Source: Escherichia coli
GTDB lineage: Bacteria; Pseudomonadota; Gammaproteobacteria; Enterobacterales; Enterobacteriaceae
Length of the DNA: 64,000 nt
Assembly (NCBI RefSeq): GCF_050320075.1
Contig: NZ_CP190018.1
Reading direction: 5' to 3' (one strand)
The notes beneath the pieces were generated by a model. That model saw nothing but the letters and a program-made list of their open reading frames with translations. It was not told the origin of the DNA and did not search any database. Positions 22,468 through 32,638 of the stretch are shown one piece after another. The first letter of the stretch is position 1; every line of letters starts with the position of its first letter. The translations under genes were made by a program, and so were the position numbers.

Positions 22468-25199
22468 CGCATCTGGAACTGGTTCCCGTCCCGCCTGTCG
22501 CGCAACTGGCGGGCGTGAGCCAGCATTATGGAAAAACCGTTGCGCTGAACAATATCACTCTCGATATTCCGACCCGCTGCATGGTTGGGCTGATTGGTCC
22601 GGATGGCGTCGGGAAGTCGAGTTTATTGTCATTGATTTCCGGTGCTCGTGTCATTGAGCAGGGCAATGTGATCGTGCTGGGCGGCGATATGCGCGACCCG
22701 AAGCATCGACGCGACGTTTGCCCGCGCATCGCCTGGATGCCGCAGGGGCTGGGTAAAAACCTCTACCACACCTTGTCGGTGTATGAAAACGTCGATTTTT
22801 TCGCCCGCCTGTTCGGTCACGACAAAGCGGAGCGAGAAGTGCGAATTAATGAGCTGCTGACCAGCACCGGGTTAGCACCGTTTCGTGATCGTCCGGCAGG
22901 GAAACTCTCCGGCGGGATGAAGCAAAAACTGGGGCTGTGCTGTGCGTTAATCCACGACCCGGAACTGTTGATTCTTGATGAGCCAACAACGGGGGTTGAC
23001 CCGCTCTCCCGCGCCCAGTTCTGGGATCTGATCGACAGTATTCGCCAGCGGCAGAGCAATATGAGCGTGCTGGTCGCCACCGCCTACATGGAAGAGGCCG
23101 AACGCTTCGACTGGCTGGTAGCGATGAATGCCGGAGAAGTGCTGGCAACCGGCAGCGCCGAAGAGCTGCGGCAGCAAACGCAAAGCGCCACGCTGGAAGA
23201 AGCATTTATAAATCTGTTACCGCAAGCGCAACGCCAGGCGCATCAGGCGGTAGTGATCCCACCATATCAACCTGAAAACGCAGAGATTGCCATCGAAGCG
23301 CGCGATCTGACCATGCGTTTTGGTTCCTTCGTTGCCGTTGATCACGTCAATTTCCGCATTCCACGCGGGGAGATTTTTGGTTTTCTTGGTTCGAACGGCT
23401 GCGGTAAATCCACCACCATGAAAATGCTTACCGGATTGCTGCCCGCCAGCGAAGGTGAGGCGTGGCTGTTCGGGCAACCGGTTGATCCAAAAGATATCGA
23501 TACTCGCCGTCGGGTAGGCTATATGTCGCAGGCGTTTTCGCTCTATAACGAACTCACCGTGCGGCAAAACCTTGAGTTACATGCCCGTTTGTTTCACATC
23601 CCGGAAGCGGAAATTCCCGCGCGAGTGGCTGAAATGAGCGAGCGTTTTAAGCTCAACGACGTTGAAGATGTTCTGCCGGAGTCATTACCGCTCGGCATTC
23701 GCCAGCGGCTTTCGCTGGCGGTGGCGGTGATTCATCGCCCAGAGATGTTAATCCTCGATGAGCCTACTTCTGGTGTCGATCCGGTGGCGAGGGATATGTT
23801 CTGGCAGTTGATGGTCGATCTCTCGCGTCAGGACAAAGTGACTATCTTCATCTCCACCCACTTTATGAACGAAGCGGAACGTTGCGACCGTATCTCACTG
23901 ATGCACGCCGGAAAAGTGCTCGCCAGCGGTACACCGCAGGAGTTGGTTGAGAAACGCGGAGCCGCCAGTCTGGAAGAGGCATTTATCGCCTATTTGCAGG
24001 AAGCGGCAGGGCAGAGCAGCGAAGCCGAAGCGCCGCCCGTGGTACACGACGCCACCCACGCGCCGCGTCAGGGATTTAGTCTGCGCCGTCTGTTTAGCTA
24101 CAGCCGTCGCGAAGCACTGGAACTGCGACGCGATCCGGTACGTTCGGCGCTGGCGCTGATGGGAACGGTGATCCTGATGCTGATAATGGGTTACGGCATC
24201 AGTATGGATGTGGAAAACCTGCGCTTTGCGGTGCTTGACCGCGACCAGACCGTCAGTAGCCAGGCGTGGACGCTCAATCTCTCCGGTTCCCGTTACTTTA
24301 TCGAACAACCACCGCTCACCAGTTATGACGAACTGGATCGCCGGATGCGTGCGGGCGATATCACGGTGGCGATTGAGATCCCACCCAATTTCGGGCGCGA
24401 TATCGCGCGTGGTACGCCTGTGGAACTCGGTGTCTGGATCGACGGTGCGATGCCCAGTCGTGCCGAAACGGCAAAAGGTTACGTGCAGGCTATGCACCAG
24501 AGCTGGCTACAGGATGTGGCGAGCCGACAATCCACACCCTCCAGCCAAAGCGGGCTGATGAACATTGAGACGCGCTATCGCTATAACCCGGACGTAAAAA
24601 GCCTGCCAGCGATTGTTCCGGCGGTGATCCCGCTTCTGCTGATGATGATCCCGTCAATGCTAAGCGCCCTTAGCGTGGTGCGGGAAAAAGAGTTGGGGTC
24701 GATTATCAACCTTTACGTGACTCCCACCACCCGTAGCGAATTTTTGCTTGGCAAACAGCTACCGTACATCGCGCTGGGGATGCTGAACTTTTTCCTGCTC
24801 TGCGGCCTGTCGGTGTTTGTGTTTGGCGTACCGCATAAAGGCAGTTTCCTGACGCTCACCCTGGCGGCGCTGCTGTATATCATCATCGCCACCGGAATGG
24901 GGCTGCTGATCTCCACCTTTATGAAAAGCCAGATTGCCGCTATTTTCGGTACGGCGATTATCACGTTGATCCCGGCGACACAGTTTTCCGGGATGATTGA
25001 TCCGGTAGCTTCGCTGGAAGGTCCAGGACGCTGGATCGGCGAGGTTTACCCGACCAGTCATTTTCTGACTATTGCCCGCGGGACGTTCTCGAAGGCGCTG
25101 GATTTGACTGATTTGTGGCAACTTTTTATCCCGTTGCTGATAGCCATCCCGCTGGTGATGGGCTTAAGCATCCTGCTGCTGAAAAAACAGGAGGGATGA
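22464..25199 (+). CDS. rbbA: Ribosome-associated ATPase RbbA (two ABC ATPase domains fused to a permease domain)
   Basis: 911 aa; two Walker A motifs ([18 protein letters not shown]) and LSGG signatures; C-terminal membrane domain. Confidence 0.92.
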
Positions 25200-26323
25200 T
25201 GCGCCATTTACGCAATATTTTTAATCTGGGTATCAAAGAGTTGCGCAGTTTGCTCGGTGATAAAGCGATGCTGACGCTGATTGTCTTCTCGTTTACGGTG
25301 TCGGTGTATTCGTCAGCGACCGTTACGCCAGGATCGTTGAACCTCGCGCCGATCGCCATTGCCGATATGGATCAATCGCAGTTATCGAACAGGATCGTTA
25401 ACAGCTTCTATCGCCCGTGGTTTTTGCCACCGGAGATGATCACCGCCGATGAGATGGATGCCGGGCTGGACGCCGGACGCTATACCTTCGCGATAAATAT
25501 TCCGCCTAATTTTCAGCGTGATGTCCTCGCCGGACGCCAGCCAGATATTCAGGTGAACGTCGATGCCACGCGCATGAGCCAGGCATTTACCGGCAATGGG
25601 TATATCCAGAATATTATCAACGGTGAAGTGAACAGCTTTGTCGCGCGCTACCGTGATAATAGCGAACCGTTGGTATCGCTGGAAACCCGGATGCGCTTTA
25701 ACCCGAACCTCGATCCCGCGTGGTTTGGCGGGGTGATGGCGATCATCAACAACATTACTATGCTGGCGATTGTATTGACCGGATCGGCGCTGATCCGCGA
25801 GCGTGAACACGGCACGGTGGAACACTTACTGGTGATGCCGATAACGCCGTTTGAGATCATGATGGCGAAGATCTGGTCGATGGGGCTGGTGGTGCTGGTG
25901 GTATCGGGATTATCGCTGGTGCTGATGGTAAAAGGCGTGCTGGGCGTACCGATTGAAGGCTCGATCCCGCTGTTTATGCTGGGCGTGGCGCTCAGTCTGT
26001 TTGCCACCACGTCAATCGGCATTTTTATGGGGACGATAGCGCGTTCAATGCCGCAACTGGGGCTGCTGGTGATTCTGGTGCTGCTGCCGCTGCAAATGCT
26101 TTCCGGTGGATCCACGCCGCGCGAAAGTATGCCGCAGATGGTGCAGGACATTATGCTGACCATGCCGACGACACACTTTGTTAGCCTCGCGCAGGCCATC
26201 CTCTACCGGGGTGCCGGATTCGAAATCGTCTGGCCGCAGTTCCTGACGCTGATGGCAATTGGCGGCGCGTTTTTCACCATCGCACTGCTGCGATTTAGGA
26301 AGACGATTGGGACAATGGCGTAA
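25196..26323 (+). CDS. yhhJ: ABC-2 family transporter permease YhhJ
   Basis: Start MMRHLRNIF overlaps the rbbA stop; polytopic membrane protein. Confidence 0.88.
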   Translation: MMRHLRNIFNLGIKELRSLLGDKAMLTLIVFSFTVSVYSSATVTPGSLNLAPIAIADMDQSQLSNRIVNSFYRPWFLPPEMITADEMDAGLDAGRYTFAINIPPNFQRDVLAGRQPDIQVNVDATRMSQAFTGNGYIQNIINGEVNSFVARYRDNSEPLVSLETRMRFNPNLDPAWFGGVMAIINNITMLAIVLTGSALIREREHGTVEHLLVMPITPFEIMMAKIWSMGLVVLVVSGLSLVLMVKGVLGVPIEGSIPLFMLGVALSLFATTSIGIFMGTIARSMPQLGLLVILVLLPLQMLSGGSTPRESMPQMVQDIMLTMPTTHFVSLAQAILYRGAGFEIVWPQFLTLMAIGGAFFTIALLRFRKTIGTMA

Positions 26324-26424
26324 TTACAGTTGCCCGATGCGTAAGCTTATAGGGTCTACGCATTGGTGCAATTTATTGAATTTTAGTTTTTTTTAGGCCG
26401 GATAAGGCGTTTATGAACTGACCA

Positions 26425-26911
<487 letters not shown>

Positions 26912-27240
26912 TTTGTTCTCCTTAATTATGTAAGGAGTATTTGATCATGTATAAGCAATGGAAAACAGCTTTAGGTAATAAGGAATATCTCAATTATTGA
27001 ATATTTAGTGCGAATTATTTAGTACAAAAAAGCAGCGTTGCGTGATCTTTCCCTGCCCTTTATTCATAAACACATGGATATGGTGATCAACGGTGGTCTG
27101 ATGGAGGCGCAGAGCCTGAGTAATCATGACTGAATTTCAGCCTTCAGAAGCCAGAAAAATGGCTTTAATACAATCGCAGCCCCGCTTTTCACAACATTAT
27201 GCTTATAATATGAAAAATATCTTGCCTTGCATCTTTGTGC

Positions 27241-27720
27241 CTACGGCATTGGATGATCTTTCCCTAACCTTATAGTTTCTTTTAGCCTTTCAAGCCTTAG
27301 CAATTCAACCTCGGCTTTAATATAGCCATGTGAGGCAGCCATTTTCAGCCAATTAATTGCATTATCTAAATTATAATATTTTAAATAGGAATCATCCTCC
27401 TCTGAGGATAGAATCATAGCATAATTATATTGCGCTATGATATTTCCTTGAGATGCAGACCTTGCCAGATATTTAATTTGCTTGGGTATATTAAAGCAAA
27501 CATATGTATAATATTGATGTAATCGATATGACGCATCACCATCCCCGCCCTCAGATTTAATATCAAGTTCATATCTTTGATTTTCACTTAAATTAAACGA
27601 TTCAGATGTTGAGCTTATTTCAATGTTATGGAGCTTAATAGGGGGGGGGATTTCACCTCCATATGAACAACAAGAGAAAAAGAAAACATTTGCAATCAGA
27701 ATAAATAAAAAGCACTTCAT
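27241..27720 (-). CDS. Secreted Sel1/TPR-like repeat protein; candidate immunity protein for the adjacent orphan Rhs tip
   Basis: Signal peptide (MKCFLFILIANVFFFSCC), Sel1-like repeat signatures, immediately downstream of the orphan tip; AT-rich. Confidence 0.55.
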   Translation of the reverse strand: MKCFLFILIANVFFFSCCSYGGEIPPPIKLHNIEISSTSESFNLSENQRYELDIKSEGGDGDASYRLHQYYTYVCFNIPKQIKYLARSASQGNIIAQYNYAMILSSEEDDSYLKYYNLDNAINWLKMAASHGYIKAEVELLRLERLKETIRLGKDHPMP

Positions 27721-27733
27721 GTTGCCACCTTTG

Positions 27734-28725
27734 TTATTTTATATCACTTGGTCTCATAACTTTGCCAGGAGTGGAAGAAATGGGTTGACCTGAAGGTCCA
27801 AACGTTATCCAGCGGCCCATATTATTACCAGTTATGACATTATTACTTGTGTCAATTGCCGAGATATTATCCGTAAGTCCTGTTTGGATCGTATTAAAAA
27901 GAGGAGTATTATTATCCCACGCCATCCATACTTGCCATTGTGTATCAGCTCCAGTGACATTTGCATGAAGTGCTCTGGCTAACTTGCTGGCAAAAGATTT
28001 ATCTCCCTCTCTGGCTGTACCACATGAGAATAATCAAACAGACATTCCCTTTTTATAGCGTGGATTAGCTCTGATTCTCTTGGCTAATCCCTCAGCAGTT
28101 TCATAGTTTCCATTTTCATCTGTAATAAAACCAGGATATCCATGTCCTCCAATAGTAAAAACGCCAGGAATATTTATTTTATCTGTTGCAGCATGCAGTG
28201 ATACATTTCTGCGTATCCCCTCATCATAGAAATTCATATCAGCTAATCCAAAAGGGTCTATATACTGAACCGGATTCAACGGATACTCATAAAAATTCCA
28301 TCCCCCCTTCAGCCCAATCGAATCCTGAGTGATATACCTCCCCTGCAGCGGGTCATAATAGCGGTGGCGGTTGTAATACAGGCCGGACTCCTCATCATAC
28401 TGCTGACCCGGCAGGCGGATGAGTTGCTGCAGCTGTTGCGGGTTCTCTTCATTCAGCAGGTTGCCCCATTCATCGTATTCTGCGCACCATTCTGTTGCCC
28501 CTTCCGTGCTGATAAGCACCAGCGGCAGGCCGCGATGGTCGCAGTGGTACAGGTGGATTTTTCGCGCCGGCGTGTACACCGGGTCCATCTGGTTTTGCAT
28601 CTGCTTCACCGTCAGGCCGCACGATGCCAGCCAGCGGCGGCTTTCCTCACTCACCCGGTCAGCCAGGATTTCACTTTCCAGCCGGTCGAGCATCTGCACC
28701 GTGCCGGCGGGAATCCCCCACTGTG
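27734..28725 (-). pseudogene. Orphan rhs fragment: last part of the Rhs core plus an unrecognised C-terminal toxin domain, interrupted by one in-frame TGA at 28034-28036
   Basis: 28258-28700 is near-identical to 33108-33550 of the full rhs gene; the tip diverges after the DPxGL-type motif (here YIDPFGL); track ORFs 28034-28699 and 27734-27925 are in the same frame, separated only by TGA. Confidence 0.75.
28258..28700. repeat. Copy 1 of a near-identical direct repeat (about 443 bp), the rhs core 3' segment in the orphan fragment
   Basis: Collinear with 33108-33550 at constant offset 4850 with few mismatches. Confidence 0.85.
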
Positions 28726-28740
28726 CATAGGCAACTCACG

Positions 28741-29583
28741 CTATGAACGCTTCAGCTTATCAATAGCGGAAGTTATAATTTCATTGTCATCAAACTTGTA
28801 CAACATAGTATCTAAAACAGGAAGTAGCGTTTTATCACCTAATTCACCCGCAGCTTCAATGATATCATCATAAACAGTATTTTTTTTTAACTCATCGCAT
28901 AAAACAGATAAAACCCTTTTATCTTTTCTGTAGGAAAGTCCGATTATTGCTTCAATACGGACTTCCTCATTTTTATCCTGAAGCATCTCCACAAAACAAT
29001 CCCTAATATCACTATTATCATATTTATTGATATTTATTGCAAATGCGGCCCAGTTTCTGACATCTCCATTTGGATCTTTTAACAGATTAATCAATAGTGG
29101 AATTGTTGCTTTATCATTGATAACAGAAATAGCAAATGCTGTAGCACGTCTGACATTAGTCGATTTATCAAAAGCAGTAATTTGAGATTGTTCTACTATT
29201 TTAGGTGAATAAATTGGGTTTTTCTTGCATCGCTGAGCCGTTGACTCGATTGCCGTAGCTCGAACGCAAGCGCTCTTATCATTCAATGCCATATTGTTCA
29301 AAATATTAAACACATTATCTTTGCATTTTTTGCAAATTTTTATTTGCCCGAGTATAAATGCTCCGATATCTCTACGGATATAATTTTTATCAGAGCAGAA
29401 CTCAATTGCCAATCTAACAGCGTCTTGACCACCTCTTAACTGTAATACTCTGGCAGATGAAATCCTTTTCAAGGAATTGTGATCATCAAGTAAGCGAAAT
29501 AATTCATCATCATTTAGTTTCTTACATTGATTATATAAACCATACTCTTTACTTGCCTTTCTTTTCTGGTATGTATTTGACAT
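28741..29583 (-). CDS. HEAT-repeat protein (YibA-like), immunity-type gene in the Rhs array
   Basis: Repeated D/N-x-x-VR-x-x-A motifs; GGAGG RBS 6 nt before the ATG at 29583; about 280 aa like the rhsA-linked YibA. Confidence 0.7.
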   Translation of the reverse strand: MSNTYQKRKASKEYGLYNQCKKLNDDELFRLLDDHNSLKRISSARVLQLRGGQDAVRLAIEFCSDKNYIRRDIGAFILGQIKICKKCKDNVFNILNNMALNDKSACVRATAIESTAQRCKKNPIYSPKIVEQSQITAFDKSTNVRRATAFAISVINDKATIPLLINLLKDPNGDVRNWAAFAININKYDNSDIRDCFVEMLQDKNEEVRIEAIIGLSYRKDKRVLSVLCDELKKNTVYDDIIEAAGELGDKTLLPVLDTMLYKFDDNEIITSAIDKLKRS

Positions 29584-29687
29584 TGCAGGAACCTCCATAA
29601 AGACTATCTTTTTCTATCGTTTGACTGTCTGGAGTCCTCCACCTACTCTGCCATCAGCACACACGATGTTTGTTTATCCTTACATAC

Positions 29688-29954
29688 TTATTTTCCGTGG
29701 CCAAAATTTAGAATTCTCCCGTCATTTTTGCCTATTTCTATAATAAAAACCCTACCAGCAATTTGGTCTGATTCAATGGTGCCTTCAACAATCCAACTTG
29801 TTGGTAATTCCATGATTTTGTATGGTTTTTCTTCTTCTGCGGCATCATGCCCATAACGATTTTTAACATACATCTCAGCTAATTCCAATGCTATAGCTTT
29901 ATTTTTTACCAAATTTCTAACGGTGTATTTCCCCTCACATTCATACTTGCGCAT
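29688..29954 (-). CDS. Small cytoplasmic protein paralogous to 31553-31900; immunity-like candidate
   Basis: 88 aa; shares ALEL..Y.K..YG...E.KPY.I.....W.(I/V)EG....G..F.I.I.K.DG pattern with the 115-aa protein. Confidence 0.45.
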   Translation of the reverse strand: MRKYECEGKYTVRNLVKNKAIALELAEMYVKNRYGHDAAEEEKPYKIMELPTSWIVEGTIESDQIAGRVFIIEIGKNDGRILNFGHGK

Positions 29955-30035
29955 TATAATAATATTATTACACTGCGCCCATGTGTTGTATGTAAAAACA
30001 AAGATACAATCACATAGGTTCTGAATAATATTTTC

Positions 30036-30401
30036 TTATACGTTGTCATGTATTTTGCAAACATTAGACAATCCTTTTCCATTTATTATATCTTTCCCAT
30101 GATTATCTATTGCTTTAAAATTTTCACCTATTGACCTTGAATTACTACAATCACTTCCAGTGAAATCTGAGTTATTCAGAATAGCATTCATCAGAGCCGC
30201 ATTGTGAAAGACAGCATTTCTAGTTGATGTATGTTGAATCATTACATTTCTTAAATGAGTTTTTTCAAATTTCGCCCCATCAAGACAATAACCATTGAGG
30301 GTGGCACGATGTAGATTCATCCCGCTAAAATCATATCCAGCAAGAGTGGTACTATCTATCTCAAGAAATTTATTGGTTATTAAAAATGCGATTCTTATCA
30401 T
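30036..30401 (-). CDS. Pentapeptide-repeat protein (about 121 aa)
   Basis: Tandem five-residue repeats of the A(D/N)LxX type; GGAGG RBS 5 nt before the ATG at 30401 (track uses TTG at 30413). Confidence 0.6.
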   Translation of the reverse strand: MIRIAFLITNKFLEIDSTTLAGYDFSGMNLHRATLNGYCLDGAKFEKTHLRNVMIQHTSTRNAVFHNAALMNAILNNSDFTGSDCSNSRSIGENFKAIDNHGKDIINGKGLSNVCKIHDNV

Positions 30402-30439
30402 CTGTTCCTCCAATCATCTAACTCCTGAAAAATTTGAAA

Positions 30440-30600
30440 ACCAGAACCTCGCTTAGGCCTGTGTCCATACTACGTGGGTAGGATTATTCTGCGTACTACG
30501 CTGTTGTCCCTTACGTGCTGATAAGGGCTGGCAGGTTTCCGGCTTGCTTCGTTGAGTTCACTACGCTAAAGCTCCGTGTCCACATAACCCAGCTCGGAGG
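30440..30600 (-). pseudogene. Degenerate rhs core fragment
   Basis: Translation GNLPALIST*GTTA*YAE resembles the core segment [22 protein letters not shown] but carries in-frame stops. Confidence 0.45.
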
Positions 30601-30649
30601 CATGACCTTCTCTGGTTCGTTCCATCTAAAATGTCTATAACTGACATGG

Positions 30650-30970
30650 TTATTCAATTATTTTTTCTTTGAGTTTATTCTCAATCCAGCGGTCTTTATA
30701 CCTGATGAGAATTTGACATTCACCAATATTATCAATGTCACCAACATTTGTGTTTCGAATTTGACCAACAGCAACTATAGTTGATTCAAAACATTCAACA
30801 TTGACTTTATCTGTTATTATTGAAACTATATAATCATCTGGAATGGAGCCATTAGGTATTATATTAAAGAAAGTAACATCGGTAAATACTAAATAACCAT
30901 TTTCTAAGTCTTCATTATTATAAAAATTCCATTCTGTTGTACCATAGGCTATCCTTGAGATTAAATTCAC
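30650..30970 (-). CDS. Small cytoplasmic protein, immunity-like candidate; GTG start overlaps the stop of an upstream 27-codon tip remnant (GTGA)
   Basis: 106-aa AT-rich ORF; 4-bp stop/start overlap with the preceding short ORF, as in toxin-immunity pairs. Confidence 0.4.
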   Translation of the reverse strand: MNLISRIAYGTTEWNFYNNEDLENGYLVFTDVTFFNIIPNGSIPDDYIVSIITDKVNVECFESTIVAVGQIRNTNVGDIDNIGECQILIRYKDRWIENKLKEKIIE

Positions 30971-31092
30971 CTGAATTCTAATTTGTTTGCTCCATAAATC
31001 AAATTCAATTTTTTTATTGGTCGATCACCAAGATATATTCTATCAAACATATTACCCTCTATTCTAAAAATACTCAGGCATTCCACACATTA

Positions 31093-31420
31093 TATCAGCC
31101 TCATCTTGACTGCTTCCCGTTTCCCGATACGGCGGTGCGGGGAGTCATAAAGGTAAGAAATTTCCAGCAGTACGGCGTCCTATTGTTCACGGCGGTAATG
31201 CACCAGCCAGTATTGGCTATCGTAGTGATAACCGTGTAATCTGCCGCCGCATCGCGTATCTAATGTTCATTCTTTTCCATAAACCGTCCGTACACATTGT
31301 GATAGTAAAAATACAATACATCTTCGCTGATGCGGTTATTCTGCTGCATGTGGGAAGCGCCGAATACTGCTCCCGGTATGGCCAGTAATTACTATTTAGT
31401 ACGACGTTAGGGGGAGTCAC
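31093..31420 (-). pseudogene. Degenerate rhs core fragment with stops and frameshifts
   Basis: Translation ...GRLHGYHYDSQYWLVHYRREQ*...YLYDSPHRRIGKRE resembles core [17 protein letters not shown]...[13 protein letters not shown]. Confidence 0.45.
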
Positions 31421-31552
31421 TTAATCTCACAGATACTTCAAGTAACAGATGAAAATCGCTCCTGAAATGAAAAAGAAATTTTTTTGAATGTGTTCCTGTC
31501 AAATCAAGTGGTTTTTTCGTCGATATGTAGAGTCATATTGTACACAAAATAG

Positions 31553-31900
31553 TTATGAAACACACCTTGGTAAAATATTTGAATCGTCTGAACAGTGGAT
31601 TATTTTGTGTATTACATCCAACGCTTGCCCATCTTTTTTCGCTATTAGTATTGTAAAATTTCCTCCTAACGTCTTCGGTTGTTTTCCCTCGATTTTCCAA
31701 CAATTATTGTCATCTGTAATACTATATGGTTTCTGAAATTCTGCTTTTTCTTTCCCGTATATATATTTAATATAAACATATGATAATTCCAAAGCCATTT
31801 CACGACTATTTACTAAAATTTCCACTGAATTTTCTTTTCCAAATACTGAGTGTGATATTGTAAACAATATCATAATAAGTAATATTAGTGAGTTTCTCAT
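31553..31900 (-). CDS. Secreted small protein paralogous to 29688-29954; immunity-like candidate
   Basis: Signal peptide (MRNSLILLIMILFTISHSVFG) and shared motif pattern with the 88-aa protein. Confidence 0.5.
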   Translation of the reverse strand: MRNSLILLIMILFTISHSVFGKENSVEILVNSREMALELSYVYIKYIYGKEKAEFQKPYSITDDNNCWKIEGKQPKTLGGNFTILIAKKDGQALDVIHKIIHCSDDSNILPRCVS

Positions 31901-31912
31901 GCTCTACACCTA

Positions 31913-32047
31913 TCGAATCTCAAAAGTTGTGGGTAAAACATTACATTCAGAATATATGATATTCTTACCATCGGAATCCATTTTTCCAAATCGACCTTCT
32001 GGTGTTCCTGGATACCCATTAAGAACATATTTTTTCGAATAGTTAAT
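31913..32047 (-). pseudogene. Start-less remnant of a toxin C-terminus (about 45 codons)
   Basis: Open frame ...YSKKYVLNGYPGTPEGRFGKMDSDGKNIIYSECNVLPTTFEIR ending 10 nt before the next gene; no start codon. Confidence 0.3.
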
Positions 32048-32068
32048 TTATTTTCTCAGGAAGAGATT

Positions 32069-32638
32069 TTATTTTTCTTCACTACGAAGCAGTTCATGCT
32101 GTACTTTTGTTAAACATTCGTAAGACTCATCTTTGTTCGGGAGATGTGCTGTCATTCGAGCATAAGTTGGCTTCTCATCTTTAAAATATTTAACCATGAT
32201 TGAATTATCAAGGACTGCCAACAACTGAGCTGGATCACTGCTCTTTTTTTGATAGATACCCGCTCTTATATAACTTCTAAACCGATCGCCGAGAAACGCC
32301 GTTTTTTCTGCTGTATTTAGCAACTCCTGCAACGTTCCTTTGGTTGCATGATTTTCATTAAGGCGTAGTGATCCGACGCGAATTAAGAGTCTCGCCCCGC
32401 TTGGTGTGAATTTGTTATTTTTACATATACCAAGTTCTGTTTGCCAATAATACTCACCTATGTCCTCATTCTGATACCATCTCCACATGGTTTTATTATT
32501 TAAGACAGGAAACGCGGAAAAAATAGTACCCTTAGTGAAAATGGTAAAGCAATCTTGATCTTTAGCTTGTGTTTCGCAATTAGCTATAACACCAAAACTA
32601 ACGAATATCATCAGCAAAAAGAACAAAGCTCTTTTCAT
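32069..32638 (-). CDS. Candidate cognate immunity protein (RhsI) for the main Rhs toxin; secreted or lipoprotein
   Basis: Start overlaps the rhs stop by 4 bp; N-terminal signal peptide ([21 protein letters not shown]); AT-rich. Confidence 0.6.
   Translation of the reverse strand: MKRALFFLLMIFVSFGVIANCETQAKDQDCFTIFTKGTIFSAFPVLNNKTMWRWYQNEDIGEYYWQTELGICKNNKFTPSGARLLIRVGSLRLNENHATKGTLQELLNTAEKTAFLGDRFRSYIRAGIYQKKSSDPAQLLAVLDNSIMVKYFKDEKPTYARMTAHLPNKDESYECLTKVQHELLRSEEK

Noticed and set aside
28034-28036. In-frame TGA in the orphan tip as a selenocysteine codon
   Set aside because: No SECIS-like stem-loop recognised immediately downstream and Rhs toxins are not known selenoproteins; a nonsense mutation or sequencing error is more parsimonious.
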